Shown here in pieces: positions 24,761 through 36,748 of a stretch of DNA of 64,000 nucleotides. The stretch spans positions 16,554,001 through 16,618,000 of the forward strand of contig CP075494.1 in NCBI GenBank assembly GCA_021613535.1. Reading direction: 5' to 3'. The DNA comes from Adineta vaga. Its lineage: Eukaryota; Animalia; Rotifera. A program made the translations under genes and the position numbers. The number at the start of each line of letters is the position of its first letter. The first letter of the stretch is position 1. A model generated the notes under the pieces. The model did not search any database. It saw nothing but the letters and a program-made list of their open reading frames with translations, and was not told the origin of the DNA.

Positions 24761-24873
24761 ATTTTATAAAACGAACCGGAAAAATTTCATTTTTAAGTAT
24801 TTTAATTTCACTGCATTATGGAATAGAATAAAGAGATCAATAAATGTACAGTTGATGAAAATTGGATATTGAA

Positions 24874-24940
24874 ATCTTGAGTGTGGGTGTGGATGTGTAT
24901 GCCTTCTATTGACCCTTACATCCAAACCTACACCCACCTT
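24874..24940. repeat. Telomere-hexamer inverted-repeat element
   Basis: ATCTTGAGTGTGGGTGTGGATGTG...ACATCCAAACCTACACCCACCTT. Confidence 0.75.
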
Positions 24941-25773
24941 CCGTACTGTATTCAGCAAGTATGAAATATAATGCCGTTCTTGCTTTTAAGATAATCATAA
25001 AAAAGATGAATGCCTATCTGGCTGTATTCACAATGGTGTCGATGTTGAACTCGGTATTCGTAGGACTTATTCCGAAAAAGTTGTTCAAAGAAGTATGATG
25101 ACTTGTCTTGCATTATCTTTCTACTACTCCGCTTGCTTCTAATGTCGGAACCATTGGTCTGTTTCACAAGATGAACTTCCCTCTACCGCGAGCTAGTAGT
25201 TTGACTTATGCTTTTGATTGTATCTCAGAAAAAGAATCAATTAAAAAGATATGCGCTACACTCACAGGAAAGAATTCATAGGAAGTAGTCATCATTCATT
25301 TCAATCGATTAGTCGAAATGCCATTAAACGCCAAATAACCTAATGTCTTATTATTCGAAGAACAGTTCAAACAAACGTCTTTCACTTTTCATTAACCATC
25401 AAAAACATTTCAATTTGACAGAAAATCAAAATAGATATTCTACATAAAGTCAAAAAGCAAAGTAACTTTTCGAAAAATAATTTCAACAGCAGTCAGTAAA
25501 GAGTAGTGGCGATGGGCATTCATTTTCTTTCGTAGTTGTAATGAATATATGAATGTATGAACGAATTACACGTTATCTGCATGTGTTTGTTCTCTAAAAA
25601 TAAATGTCCCTACGATGTTGTAATAATTACTATCAAAATACGTCAGAAGGATGATTGTTTCATACTATCTCATGACGTCTGTATTATGACGTCTCCGTTC
25701 TTAAATCATTCCTTATCATTGAATAGTATAAAAAAACATCAAAACGCGCAATTTAAAATAATAAAAGTTAAAT

Positions 25774-26550
25774 ATGTTGGTCTCCATCTTCTTGCTCTTT
25801 GCTTTAGCTTTATGCGAAGTTTCTTCTCTCAAATGTTACAAATGTGACGAAACTCATGTGGACTTCTGGATTAATGCTAAGACGCTTCCATCTTTTCCAA
25901 CAAACTGTTCATCGGTCGAAGCCAAGAAACAATGTACAGCAGCGATTCGATGGTTTACATTACCCAATGGAAAACAAAGTTACGTTGATTATTTAGATGA
26001 GTTCAATCTAGATTTTGTACCGAAAGATTCATCACTCTTCTTTGCTTTTGTCGGTATCGAACGTGAACTCCAAACGGCATCAACTCGGGCGCTGATCTAC
26101 AGTTGTACGACAGATAACTGCAATAATGAAACAAGCCTGCAACGAGCATTAAGATCGTTAACTCTCAAAGAGAATTTTGCACCACTGGATGTTTTATTCA
26201 ATAATAGCACCAAAAAGTTTACTGAACAAAGTTCATGTGTCGAATTTGCCAATTCAACTCATATGAAATGTCCATCGTCGGCTTCTCCTTTATCTTTATG
26301 TCCAACTTGCTTGCTCTTAGAAATAGATGCACCATCACGAGAACTCTGTGCTCGTTGTCCAAGAGGAAGCCCACAAACAGGTCTCGACTTTGTTGAACGT
26401 CGAGTATTCTTCTTTCTCGGGAATAAAACACGATTAGCTGACCAAAGTACACTTGCGTGTCGAACAAAAGGTTGCAATGCATTGGATAATGCGGAAAAGA
26501 TTCATCAACTGAGTAAAATAGAATTCGATTTCAATAAATTCTTTCTCTAA
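25774..26550 (+). CDS. Secreted Cys-rich protein with two Ly6/three-finger-like domains
   Basis: Signal peptide, then LKCYKC...CTTDNCN and second unit SCVEF...CRTKGCN. Confidence 0.7.
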   Translation: MLVSIFLLFALALCEVSSLKCYKCDETHVDFWINAKTLPSFPTNCSSVEAKKQCTAAIRWFTLPNGKQSYVDYLDEFNLDFVPKDSSLFFAFVGIERELQTASTRALIYSCTTDNCNNETSLQRALRSLTLKENFAPLDVLFNNSTKKFTEQSSCVEFANSTHMKCPSSASPLSLCPTCLLLEIDAPSRELCARCPRGSPQTGLDFVERRVFFFLGNKTRLADQSTLACRTKGCNALDNAEKIHQLSKIEFDFNKFFL

Positions 26551-26669
26551 TTTTTCTCGGTAACTCTGATTCCCACAATTTTTGTTCAATGAACTTTGTC
26601 TTTCTATTAACATGCTTATTATAATTATAATTTCCTTTTGAAACAGTTATGTTTGAAGTATTTTCTGTG

Positions 26670-26733
26670 TGAGGGTGTGGGTGTGGGTGTGTGATGGGTA
26701 AGCGTATCAGATGCATATCCCCACCCACACCCA
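26670..26733. repeat. Telomere-hexamer inverted-repeat element
   Basis: TGAGGGTGTGGGTGTGGGTGTG...CCCCACCCACACCCA. Confidence 0.8.
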
Positions 26734-27012
26734 TGTTTATATTAAACATAGGAAGGGAGAAAGAGACAAGGAGGGGGCACGCCAATGATACGTGTTCTCA
26801 TATCAACCCGTTTTTTACGTTTTTCTGGCATTGTCTGTTTGGGAGTGGGGGCGAGGGCATGGGTGCAACTTTCTGCCCTTAAAACCTTCAACATTCTCTT
26901 TCAGATTGTGTTTTACAAAATACAATAGCAAATTTAGAAAAAATCAAATAATAATCTTCTTTAAAATTAATCTGGAGGACGAATGTTATTATTTATTCTT
27001 TATTGTCAATAG

Positions 27013-30000
27013 TTAAAGAATATAATTTAATATATGCTGTAATTGGGAAAGACGTTCGATATTTGTTTCCATTTCCTCTCGTTTGCTATCAAATTCCGGT
27101 AAACATTGTTCATAAATATATAATGCTCTTTTGTAATATTCAATTGCTAAATAATTCTTATCAAGTTTTTCATAACAATTACCAATATTAGATAAATTAT
27201 CACCAATATTTTCATGATTAGGTGGAAGATTTTTCTCATTTATAAAATAACATTGTATTTCATAGGCGAGAGAAATTTCATAATGATTTTGATTGAATTG
27301 TATTCTACTAATCTTTTGTAGAGTCGATATTATCATTGATTGTTCGAATGAAAGGCAAATTTCTCTTATTTTTAAACACTTGTCTAATTGTTCAACTGCA
27401 TAATCATATGATCCTTGTTCATCCGAAGTTACTAGAATCCATTGTAAACCATTATTAATATTCTTGTAATCAGAAGAATAATGTTCTACCAAGATATAAA
27501 CTGCTTCTGAAAAATAAATAAGAGCATCTTTAAAATTTGCTTGTTTATATTTGAGATAACCAAGATTTATAAGTTTTTGTGGAATATCTGCATGTTTAGT
27601 TGTAGAATAGTTTTTGTAGATTTCTAATGATTGTTTATGATAATCAATAGCTTCATCATACCTTTCTTGTTCAGTTCGAACATTAGCCAGACCATTAAGA
27701 ATATCAGCAATTAATATGTTCTCAACTTTATATAATTCTCGACGAATGTGAAGTGCTTTTTCAAAAATTTCAAATGCATCATCATACTTTGTCATTTGAT
27801 ACAAAATTCCGCCAATAAAATTTAAAGTATCTGAGATTTGAATACTAATCGATGGAAAATAATTTTCTTGTATTTCCAATGCTTGCTTGAATGTCACAAG
27901 AGCTTCGTCAAATTTTTCTTGTTGTTTTAAATTATGACCAATGATGATCATAGTTTGAGCAATATGACCATGATAAGATGGATAAAATGTCTTTAACATT
28001 GTAAGAGCTTTTTGATGAAAGATAAGAGCTTCATCAAAATTATTCTCTTTTATTTTTTCTAATGTATTTCCAATCGCTGTTAATGTTGCAGAAATATATG
28101 GATGATGACCGGAATAACATTTCATTTGTATTATTAATCCTTGTTTATATAGATCTAAAGATTCACTATATTTTTCTTGTTGACAGTTGATAGATGCTAT
28201 ACAATTCAAACAAATAGCAATGTAAATATTATATGATGAATAAGACTTTTTTAAAATAGTTATTGATTGTTGAATACTATGCATAGCTGTATCATATTTC
28301 TCTTGATTCTTAGCCGCAATACCCATAACCATAAGTGAAACCGAAGAAAGTACATGACCAAATGGATAATATTTTTCATAAATTTTCAATGTTTGCTGTA
28401 AATAATTTGATGTTTCTTCATAATTTCCTTGACATCGATTCCAAACAGCAAGAAGATGTAAACTAGAAGCGATTTCAATATGATCATTATTATAATATTT
28501 TTCTCGAATTATTAATGATTCTTGAGCAAAACGAAGTGCTTCATCAATCTTCATTTGTTCGCCATATATCCAAGATAAAATCGCCAAACTATTCGCAATA
28601 AGTGGATGATTAGAAGAATAATATTTCTTTTGTATTACTATTGATCGTTGAATAAACTCATAAGCTTCATCATATTCTCCTCGATAACAATACATATTAG
28701 CAATACTATAAAGTACAATAGCAGAATCTTTTATCCTAATTGGTTCACTTTCCATCATTTGTTTATAAGCACGATCATAATGATTTTGTGCTTCGAACCA
28801 ATTTGCTTTCCATCGATAATTTTCCGCAATACTATATTCTATCCATGGAATATCATCATTAATTAAATGTTTAAAATAATATATTGATTGATCCCATCGA
28901 TTCATATCAGATATTAAACTTCCAAAAATAATTGAAATACTTAAATTTTCAATATAACGATGTGTATCTTCAATATATTTTTGTTTTATCTTTTCTCCAT
29001 CATTTACTGTTGTCATTTGTACAATTGACATTTGTTCATTGATATTATCTATTCGAAAAGTAGTGCCAATATTAAATAGAATATCTCCTTCAGTTAAATT
29101 GTTTTTAAACTTTGTCATATCAGCAAAAATAATCATCGGATTTTCTAAATCAATTGTAATTTCAAAAAGTACATGAATAATATAATCATTTTGTTTTGGG
29201 TAATTCATCGATGATCGTAATCGATTTGTTATTAAAAAACCTTTCATTGAAATGAATTTATTTTCATGAATTTTCATTTGTTCATATTGATTTTTTGATA
29301 ATTTCATCATTCGATAAACAATTAGTTTCTTTTCATTATTAGTTTCAATTTGAGAAATCATTTGTTGACGTTCATAAATTAAATTTTCTATAAGATCTTT
29401 TAAGAAATATCGTAATTGATAAATTTGATCTGTATTTTCTCTTCTTAATGCTGTATTTATTCGATTTCTTAAAGATAAATTATTCAAATATGAATTAATT
29501 GTTTCGTTCAATTGTTGATTATTCATTTGAGACGTAGATAAAACAATATCAGATAATAACTGTAACCAAAGAAAATTATTTGTTTGTTTCGATAAATTAT
29601 TTGATTTATCTTCATGAAAAAATGTCCATTGATGAAATTGTTCGTCTATAAGATTCATATATTCTTCTATTGATGAATATAATAAATCATAATCGGAATA
29701 AATTCCAATAATTCGCGAATCATTAAGAAATAAATGTTCATACGGATTTGTTTTGAAAATAAATATAAATAAATTTTCAAATTTTTTAATTTGTGATAAA
29801 ATTGAAATATCAGAAATAATTAAGAATATTTTATTTTTGAAATGTAATTGAATAAAAGTTAAACAAGATTTAATTTCAGAAAAATTGATAACATTATCAT
29901 TAATTTGACATAATTGATTAGAAAAATTTTCATTATGACCATAATAAAGACAATAGATCTTTTCGTCATTGACATATCTATTGATGGTTGTTTCTAATGT

Positions 30001-30027
30001 AACTAAATCATCGTCTTCCGTTGTCAT
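27013..30027 (-). CDS. Intronless protein with degenerate ART-like domain and long 42-aa TPR array
   Basis: INTALR..VYRMM..GFLITN..VLFEI..EGDILFNIGTTFRI, then repeats of HPxIAxSLxxIGxxY..YDEAL..ALxI; ATG at 30027. Confidence 0.85.
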   Translation of the reverse strand: MTTEDDDLVTLETTINRYVNDEKIYCLYYGHNENFSNQLCQINDNVINFSEIKSCLTFIQLHFKNKIFLIISDISILSQIKKFENLFIFIFKTNPYEHLFLNDSRIIGIYSDYDLLYSSIEEYMNLIDEQFHQWTFFHEDKSNNLSKQTNNFLWLQLLSDIVLSTSQMNNQQLNETINSYLNNLSLRNRINTALRRENTDQIYQLRYFLKDLIENLIYERQQMISQIETNNEKKLIVYRMMKLSKNQYEQMKIHENKFISMKGFLITNRLRSSMNYPKQNDYIIHVLFEITIDLENPMIIFADMTKFKNNLTEGDILFNIGTTFRIDNINEQMSIVQMTTVNDGEKIKQKYIEDTHRYIENLSISIIFGSLISDMNRWDQSIYYFKHLINDDIPWIEYSIAENYRWKANWFEAQNHYDRAYKQMMESEPIRIKDSAIVLYSIANMYCYRGEYDEAYEFIQRSIVIQKKYYSSNHPLIANSLAILSWIYGEQMKIDEALRFAQESLIIREKYYNNDHIEIASSLHLLAVWNRCQGNYEETSNYLQQTLKIYEKYYPFGHVLSSVSLMVMGIAAKNQEKYDTAMHSIQQSITILKKSYSSYNIYIAICLNCIASINCQQEKYSESLDLYKQGLIIQMKCYSGHHPYISATLTAIGNTLEKIKENNFDEALIFHQKALTMLKTFYPSYHGHIAQTMIIIGHNLKQQEKFDEALVTFKQALEIQENYFPSISIQISDTLNFIGGILYQMTKYDDAFEIFEKALHIRRELYKVENILIADILNGLANVRTEQERYDEAIDYHKQSLEIYKNYSTTKHADIPQKLINLGYLKYKQANFKDALIYFSEAVYILVEHYSSDYKNINNGLQWILVTSDEQGSYDYAVEQLDKCLKIREICLSFEQSMIISTLQKISRIQFNQNHYEISLAYEIQCYFINEKNLPPNHENIGDNLSNIGNCYEKLDKNYLAIEYYKRALYIYEQCLPEFDSKREEMETNIERLSQLQHILNYIL

Positions 30028-30701
30028 TGTAAATATTTTGAATAATTTCGAAAATTGTGATAAATAAAGATTAATTTTGATTGGGTTTTTACCAACAAAC
30101 ACATGTGTTTTTATCGTAAGAGGAAAGACAAGATCAAGCGTATTTAATACATTAATAATGACTCATTTATAGTTATCGTTATACTTATTCGATTAACTAT
30201 ATGATAAATCAAGAATGAGTAACAATAAAAAGATCGATTTTATGCTTTACTTATTTTCTCTGCGTAAAAACCAACTTATCTCATTTTCTACTGTGAATGT
30301 CATTATATCGATATAGCCACTACACAGGCGACGATCATTTCTACACAATGAATACCGATATGAAGGAGTATTGGGTTATGTTATTCCAACTACTTCTATT
30401 TGTCCTTAATGCTAAGACAACTTGCTTTTTTTATATTAAGTAAATAAAATATATCGAATATAAAATGTATTTCACTCATTATTCTTCCTTTGCTTCATAC
30501 GCGATCGTTTGACTCACCTATTGTCTTCAGAGAGCACGTGTAATACTACCTTTTTTTTTAAAATCTAGATCAACAGCATCAATTGCATAGAAAGAAATAT
30601 AAAATGACGAAGCGCGCAACCATCTTTGTTAGCTGAAGAGTCTGAATCATATACTGAAGGATGAACACAAATGTCGAAGAGGATCTAGGTGATAGAGATT
30701 A

Positions 30702-30767
30702 GAAGGTGTGGGTGTTGGGTAGATGTAATACTCACACTCTCATTCACCTATATATCCACACCTTCAA
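30702..30767. repeat. Telomere-hexamer inverted-repeat element
   Basis: GAAGGTGTGGGTGTTGGGT...CCACACCTTCAA. Confidence 0.7.
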
Positions 30768-31370
30768 ATTATTTCGAATTCCAATCATTATCAATTTCAA
30801 GGAAAATGGTTTATAGAGACAAGAAATTACAATGGAAAAGGAAGATTCGAACTTAAACTTGAAAAAAAGTTATAGATTAATGAAATGACAATCCAACAAT
30901 TGATTTAATTCAATTTAATAAAAAAAAATCATTTTTCTTCAAATAACTTTGTTGTTAAAGGAAATGATTCTGCTCTATTAAATCAGATTTCTAATAATGA
31001 CAAAAATATCTACAATATATATATATATATCAGTGTTAATTTTCCTGCGTTTTCTATTTATATCCGTTGTGAGTATCGGTCAGAGCAGATTTTGGTGAGG
31101 CTGTCAGGATGAGGATGTGTAAAGAGAATAACGACACCTTCGCCCACACTAGTGTGCGAGCGTTTGAGATGCATATTAAACTTTAGAGATAAGGCATAAA
31201 AAAAAGAATCAAAGTTTTCTATATTTGATTATGATTATTATACTTTATTATCTAATTTATAGCAGCAAGACAATAGCAAAAAGACTTGAAGTGTGTATAA
31301 CAATCAAGAGTGCGACAATAAATCTTGTAATCTGTTCCATATGTAACAAAATAAGAACGGATTGATGTTA

Positions 31371-32645
31371 TCAATATCCTCCATCTCGATGAATATTATG
31401 AATTTTTACTGAGCGAAGTCCTAGCGATCGAATATCATATCCTAATGAAAGAAGAAAAAATCTCAATCGTTTGGTAAGATTCTCTCTTCTCTGTTCATTA
31501 TTCCAATTAGTAAGATCAGCATTCTTAATTCCAATTTGATCACTAATTACATAAGCAAGGTATGCTTCTAATCCCGAATGTTTTAATTCCTTCATAATAT
31601 AACCACCTTCGACATCCACAAGATCAAATAATGAATGTTCTTTAATCCACTTTTCAGTTTCGACAAGAGGCGTGCTCACTTGTTTATAGATTCCTAAAAC
31701 TGGAATATCCGGTAATGATCGAATCCAGTTCAATGCTGACACAGAACCTGCATTCACCCAAAAGGCTGGTGTTATAAAGCTTCCAACTTTGAACTTGTTT
31801 CCAATTGCACCTGCCATACCAGTGATCAAAATTTTGCGAGGACGTCGAGCAACAATACTTTCAAAAAGCCATTTTGCCTCTTCACCATAAACGTTACTAA
31901 CGATCCATATAGTTCTGTTTGTTTTAGTACGTAGAACATAAAGAGGTCGAATACGATTGAGACGTCCAACCCAATTCTCAGTATTTTTTAAATATTTAAT
32001 TAAAAATCTCGGTACATATCTTAATTCTCTGGATGGTGTTTGTTGTATAATATTAGACATTATAGTATTGGCATAGCCATATATGACGAGATCGGCATCT
32101 GGTAGAGTACGAATAATTTTCTCATAATTAACTTTGTCATGTGTTTTTGTCTTAATTGTTAAAAAATTTGGATTTCTCAATGTTGCTGCTCGCACAAGTA
32201 ATTGAATTTTAAGTAAACTTTCATAGCCACCCAAATTTAGAATTAAAATTGACAATATATTCGAATGATCAACAATACCAATAAAATGAAATCTATCAGG
32301 TTTTTGCCATATGATTCGATAACCATTACGAGTTGCCCATAGGATAGCATCGTGTGGTAGCATATCTGTTGCAATGAATTGTTTTGCTTCATTCATTTCT
32401 TTTGAATAATTTGACCAAAGATTCTGAATTAAATATTTAGAAATATTTAAAGCATGTCCATTTGTAAAATCTACATTGATTGCTTCTTCAAGATATCCAT
32501 TCACACTTATATAAGATAGATTCTCATCAATTAATTGTTCAGATACTTCAGCTTTTAGATGAAGTTTATTAATAAATAGATTTACAAAAACAATTAAAAC
32601 CACGACCAAATAATTAATCCATTTTATATTAATAGTTTGAATCAT
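31371..32645 (-). CDS. Intronless protein with N-terminal anchor and C-terminal nucleoside phosphorylase (PNP/UDP)-like domain
   Basis: ILITGMAGAIG..FKVGSFITP; VSTPLVET; LVDVEGG; YVISD match the GxAG, vdME and viSD motifs of the PNP_UDP_1 fold. Confidence 0.65.
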   Translation of the reverse strand: MIQTINIKWINYLVVVLIVFVNLFINKLHLKAEVSEQLIDENLSYISVNGYLEEAINVDFTNGHALNISKYLIQNLWSNYSKEMNEAKQFIATDMLPHDAILWATRNGYRIIWQKPDRFHFIGIVDHSNILSILILNLGGYESLLKIQLLVRAATLRNPNFLTIKTKTHDKVNYEKIIRTLPDADLVIYGYANTIMSNIIQQTPSRELRYVPRFLIKYLKNTENWVGRLNRIRPLYVLRTKTNRTIWIVSNVYGEEAKWLFESIVARRPRKILITGMAGAIGNKFKVGSFITPAFWVNAGSVSALNWIRSLPDIPVLGIYKQVSTPLVETEKWIKEHSLFDLVDVEGGYIMKELKHSGLEAYLAYVISDQIGIKNADLTNWNNEQRRENLTKRLRFFLLSLGYDIRSLGLRSVKIHNIHRDGGY

Positions 32646-33391
32646 TATCACTTGCGGGAATTAAAACGAAGTTTAATATCTGTCTTCTTTGATTATAAGG
32701 GTTATAACGATATTTTCAAAAAATAACAAGTAGAAAAATACAAATTTACCTGGTGCTATTGTTATTTTGTAAGTGTGTTGTGTAATCAAGTAAAAGAAGT
32801 ACACGTTGACAAAAGAAAATACTTTTCTTTCAAACAATATTTTGAAGTAGATAAAGATTTTAAAAGTTAAGGTCATATTATTTCGAATTCTTTATATGTC
32901 ACAAATATAAGAATGTCAGGTATCAGATGCAACTACCTTTTGCTTACTGTGCATTAATTTCACAGACGCGATGTAAAGCGTCGATAAAAGATAAACGAAC
33001 TTTTGATAGTGACTCTGCAACAAAAGCCTGTGATCATATATGTAAAGTTTGAAAATTCTGTTCAATTGAAAACTATTCTATAAACTCTCAATTAGAAATT
33101 TATGCTGGTAAAGATCTGATACCTTCGAAATCAACATCATTTACATCGACGTCGTGACGTGAGAGAGTGATGAAGGCGGTGGCAAAAATGAAGATACTAC
33201 AGAGATTTTTCAACTAGGATAATTCATTTGAAATTTGAAGGTTGATTTCAATTGAATTCTAGTTTCAAGTTTAACACTATTGCTCTTTATCAAAATCTAA
33301 ACGAATAAACGAAATAGAGAAATAAGGTCATTTTGATTAAAATGTCTATTTGTTATTCTGTTTTCTTTCTACGAAAAGAAAAGAATTTCAA

Positions 33392-36175
33392 TTAATGTTT
33401 GTGTCTTGTAAGTTCAATATTTAATCCTCCTTCAGGTGCATTAACAATATCAGCAGCGGCATAACATGATTGAATTGTCGCTATTTCTCTTTCAGTTAAA
33501 ACATAATCTAAATTGTGATTGATAAAATTAGTCATATCAGCTTCAGCATATCTTCCAAATTCATCTGATTCTTCTCGAATTGTTAATTGTTGTGCTAAAT
33601 TTGGAAAACTATTTTTCAATGGTGTTGTTAAATTAAAATCTTCACTTGGTCCTTGATTTAAAATACATTTTTGAACTAATTTTGCTACATCATAAGCATA
33701 AAATTCTAGCCAAGCTAATGTTGATTTATTTGAATTGTTTACATCGCATTTTCGATCAAATTGATCAGCTAATTTTTTTAATTCATCTCGATTTGGTCGT
33801 ATTTCACCAATCATTGTTTTCCATGCTAAATCAAAATCAGTCATATGTAAAGATAAAGCTGTATTACGCATAAAATCTCTTGCCGATTTTCCACAAAGAT
33901 ACATAGCATGAAGTTCATCATATGGAATACTTTTTAAACCTTCATAAACACTTAGATTAAGTTAAAAAATGTGTTCCACTATGTGCTGAAACACGTTCGA
34001 CTGTGTTCGCAGTATTAGTCAATAATTTCGGATTTTCACCTCGAATATTTCGCAAAGTTATTTGATCGAAATTTAAATTTCTATTAGCGTGTTTCGATGG
34101 ATGAGAACTTAAATTTCCCAAAATAACCGAAACCCAAGGTGCATTTGCAAATAATTGATTAAAACTATTATTTCCTGATTCAATATCATTATCATCATCA
34201 TCAAGATCACCCATAAAATTAAAATAAGTTTCTCTCATAACTTGACAAGCTTTATGAAAATTTCCAATATGATAATTTTGATCATAACCTTCAGGTGCAT
34301 GACGTGGTGGAACATAATGTGTTCCATCTGCTTTTAATTCTGTTTGAACACGTGCATGAAGATTTTGTGCAACTAATGATTCTAATGTATGTAAACAAAT
34401 CGATGTTGGAGAGAAAAGAATTTGCATTTGATGACCTTGAATTGTCAATAATGATGGACCAAGAGTTTTAGCATGAAAATATCTTGCTATACGTCCATTA
34501 TTATGTGGAATTTCGGTAACACGTCCACCAACACGTTGTAAAGCAGCTCCACCACCACTAAAACCATTAATTGTTAAATGTTTCAATTCAGAATATTTTG
34601 AACGAATATGATCAATCATTGCATAAACTTTTCCTAAAGCTTCTTCTTGAAATGATTCAGCACCGCGACCATTTTTTCTAACTGTATGATTTTTGCCAAG
34701 CATTACAATTATTTTTCCACGAAAAGATAAATGTTTTCGATAAATTGGATGATCAATTAATTCAGCAATGAGATGAGGTAATTCTTGTAAATCTCTAACT
34801 GATTCACTTAATGTAACAATATCAAGAACAGTTTCTTTTTCAGCAACACAATTTCCACTTGCTTTTAATAGAAGAAAAACAGCTAAAACATTAACAATTG
34901 ATTTTGTTTCACCAATAATTAATTTATTAAAAATATCTAAATCATTTGGAATTAATTTTAATCGACCAAATATTCTTCCAGCTGTTTTATTCAATTTTAT
35001 TAATTCATCTTGATTTGTTAATTTTAATTTTTCAATTATTTGTTCATTATTTAAACATTTATTAATAAAATCTTTTTGTTCTTTTAATGATAAAGATAAA
35101 AAATCTTCATGTAAATGATTCATTTTTAAAAGATATGTTAATGTATTCATTATATCAATTGAATTATGTCGAATATCAATTTGTGTATAATAAAAACCAA
35201 ATGTTCGAATTTTATAAATAAATTCTTCAGTATTTTTAAGAGATATAAGATCATTAATAAATTCTTCAGATATTTTATAAGAATTTGATTTAAGTTTTTG
35301 TTCAATTAAATCAATTTCTCTTGATGAAATTTCTTTTAAATCAATTAAATATAATTCTTTAATTCTTTGTTTTAATTGTTGAATTGCTCTTTCTAAAGCT
35401 TTTATATCAGCATTTTCATTTCCATCACCATCATCAGCTGACCAAATTGATGCTTGAATTTTTGGTATATTAACATCAATAACTTTTTTATATTCTGGAA
35501 AATCTTCTAAAGTTTTAATTAATTGTTTTCTTAATTTTGATGTTGTATAATAAATCATATCAAGAATTGCTAATGTTTCATTAACTTCTTCTTCAATTGT
35601 TTTCTTTCTTCCAGTTAAAGGTAAATCTTGAATAACTTTTAATTGATCAGAATAATCAATATTTTATCATCTAATAATTTATCAAAAACAATACCACCTT
35701 GAATTGTATATTCCATTGATGTTGGATTTGTTGGATGCATTGTTAAACTAAATATTGCAAATGCATTTTCATTGAAAAATTTTGCAACTATTTCTGGTTC
35801 AACATTTTCTTCTCTCATTCGAGTAAAAACATAATCAAATCGATCAGCTGTTGCTGTACTATTTGGATTTTCAATTTTTTCATTATAAATTTTTGCATTA
35901 ACAAATTTTCGAATACGACGTTCTAAATCCATTATTTTCGCATAATATTCGATTAATTTTTCTCGTTCAAGACTTCCAAATGGTAATTCATTTAAAGTTT
36001 TCTGATAAATATCAATACGTTTTTGACGATCAGGATTTGTTGAGATATGAAAAATTTTTCTTAAATAACCAGCTATTTTGTTATTTTCTTTCGCTATTTG
36101 ACTTATAAATCGATAACGAATAGTTTTTTGGTCATCGAATAATTCTAAAATTTCATCTTCCATTTCTTTTTTCAA
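33392..36175 (-). pseudogene. ppc: Divergent phosphoenolpyruvate carboxylase-like gene broken by two frameshifts (near 35665 and 33957)
   Basis: Collinear PEPC motifs: LTMHPT, KKTIEEEV, WSADDGDGN, FGFYYTQIDIRHNS, IVTLSESVRDL, VMLGK, FSGGGAALQRVGG, LTIQG, NLSSHPSK, LHAMY; no introns. Confidence 0.8.
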
Positions 36176-36697
36176 ATGATTTTTCTAAAATTAAAAAATT
36201 GAAAGAAACCTATATTTTATTATTAATTGATTGATTATCATTCATGAAATGATAAAAGTATTAATCAATTTTGTAGAAAAGATTCGGAATTATTCTCTTC
36301 GACGAAATAAATTTCAATAGAAATACAATTGAATAAGAATAAAATAAATATAAGTTAAGAAAAGAAAGTCATATTCCTTCCAATAATAGAACATACAAAC
36401 CTGTATACAATACTTCCTACCTATAAGGACTATTTCTTGTTTTTCTCTTTTCTTTTCTTCGTTGATTATAAACATATATTTCAGTGAGTAAACAAATTTT
36501 TTGATAAGCAAACAAATGTGAAAGTAAAGCTTAACTTGTTTTCTTTTCTCGATGAAAACAGAATGAAAGAAAAAAAACCAATCATGCATGCAAACCTTTA
36601 AGAAAACTTTTTTTCGTTATTTTACTAGATCAAGTCAAACAAATAAAAATTCAGAAGAGAAAAAATGAACATAGTAAACATAAAATATATAAACGAG

Positions 36698-36748
36698 TTG
36701 AGGGTGTGGGTGTGGCTATCTCCTCTTTTTTCACACCCACACCCTCAA
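36698..36748. repeat. Telomere-hexamer inverted-repeat element (cleanest copy)
   Basis: Perfect 17-bp arms TTGAGGGTGTGGGTGTG / CACACCCACACCCTCAA around a 17-bp spacer. Confidence 0.9.

Noticed and set aside
33392-36175. Programmed frameshifting or introns as an explanation of the PEPC breaks
   Set aside because: The shifts are in opposite directions, there is no canonical slippery heptamer, and coding similarity runs through both sites with no room for a GT-AG intron.
36314-36589. 91-aa ORF upstream of PEPC
   Set aside because: Low-complexity AT-rich sequence with no protein-like features.
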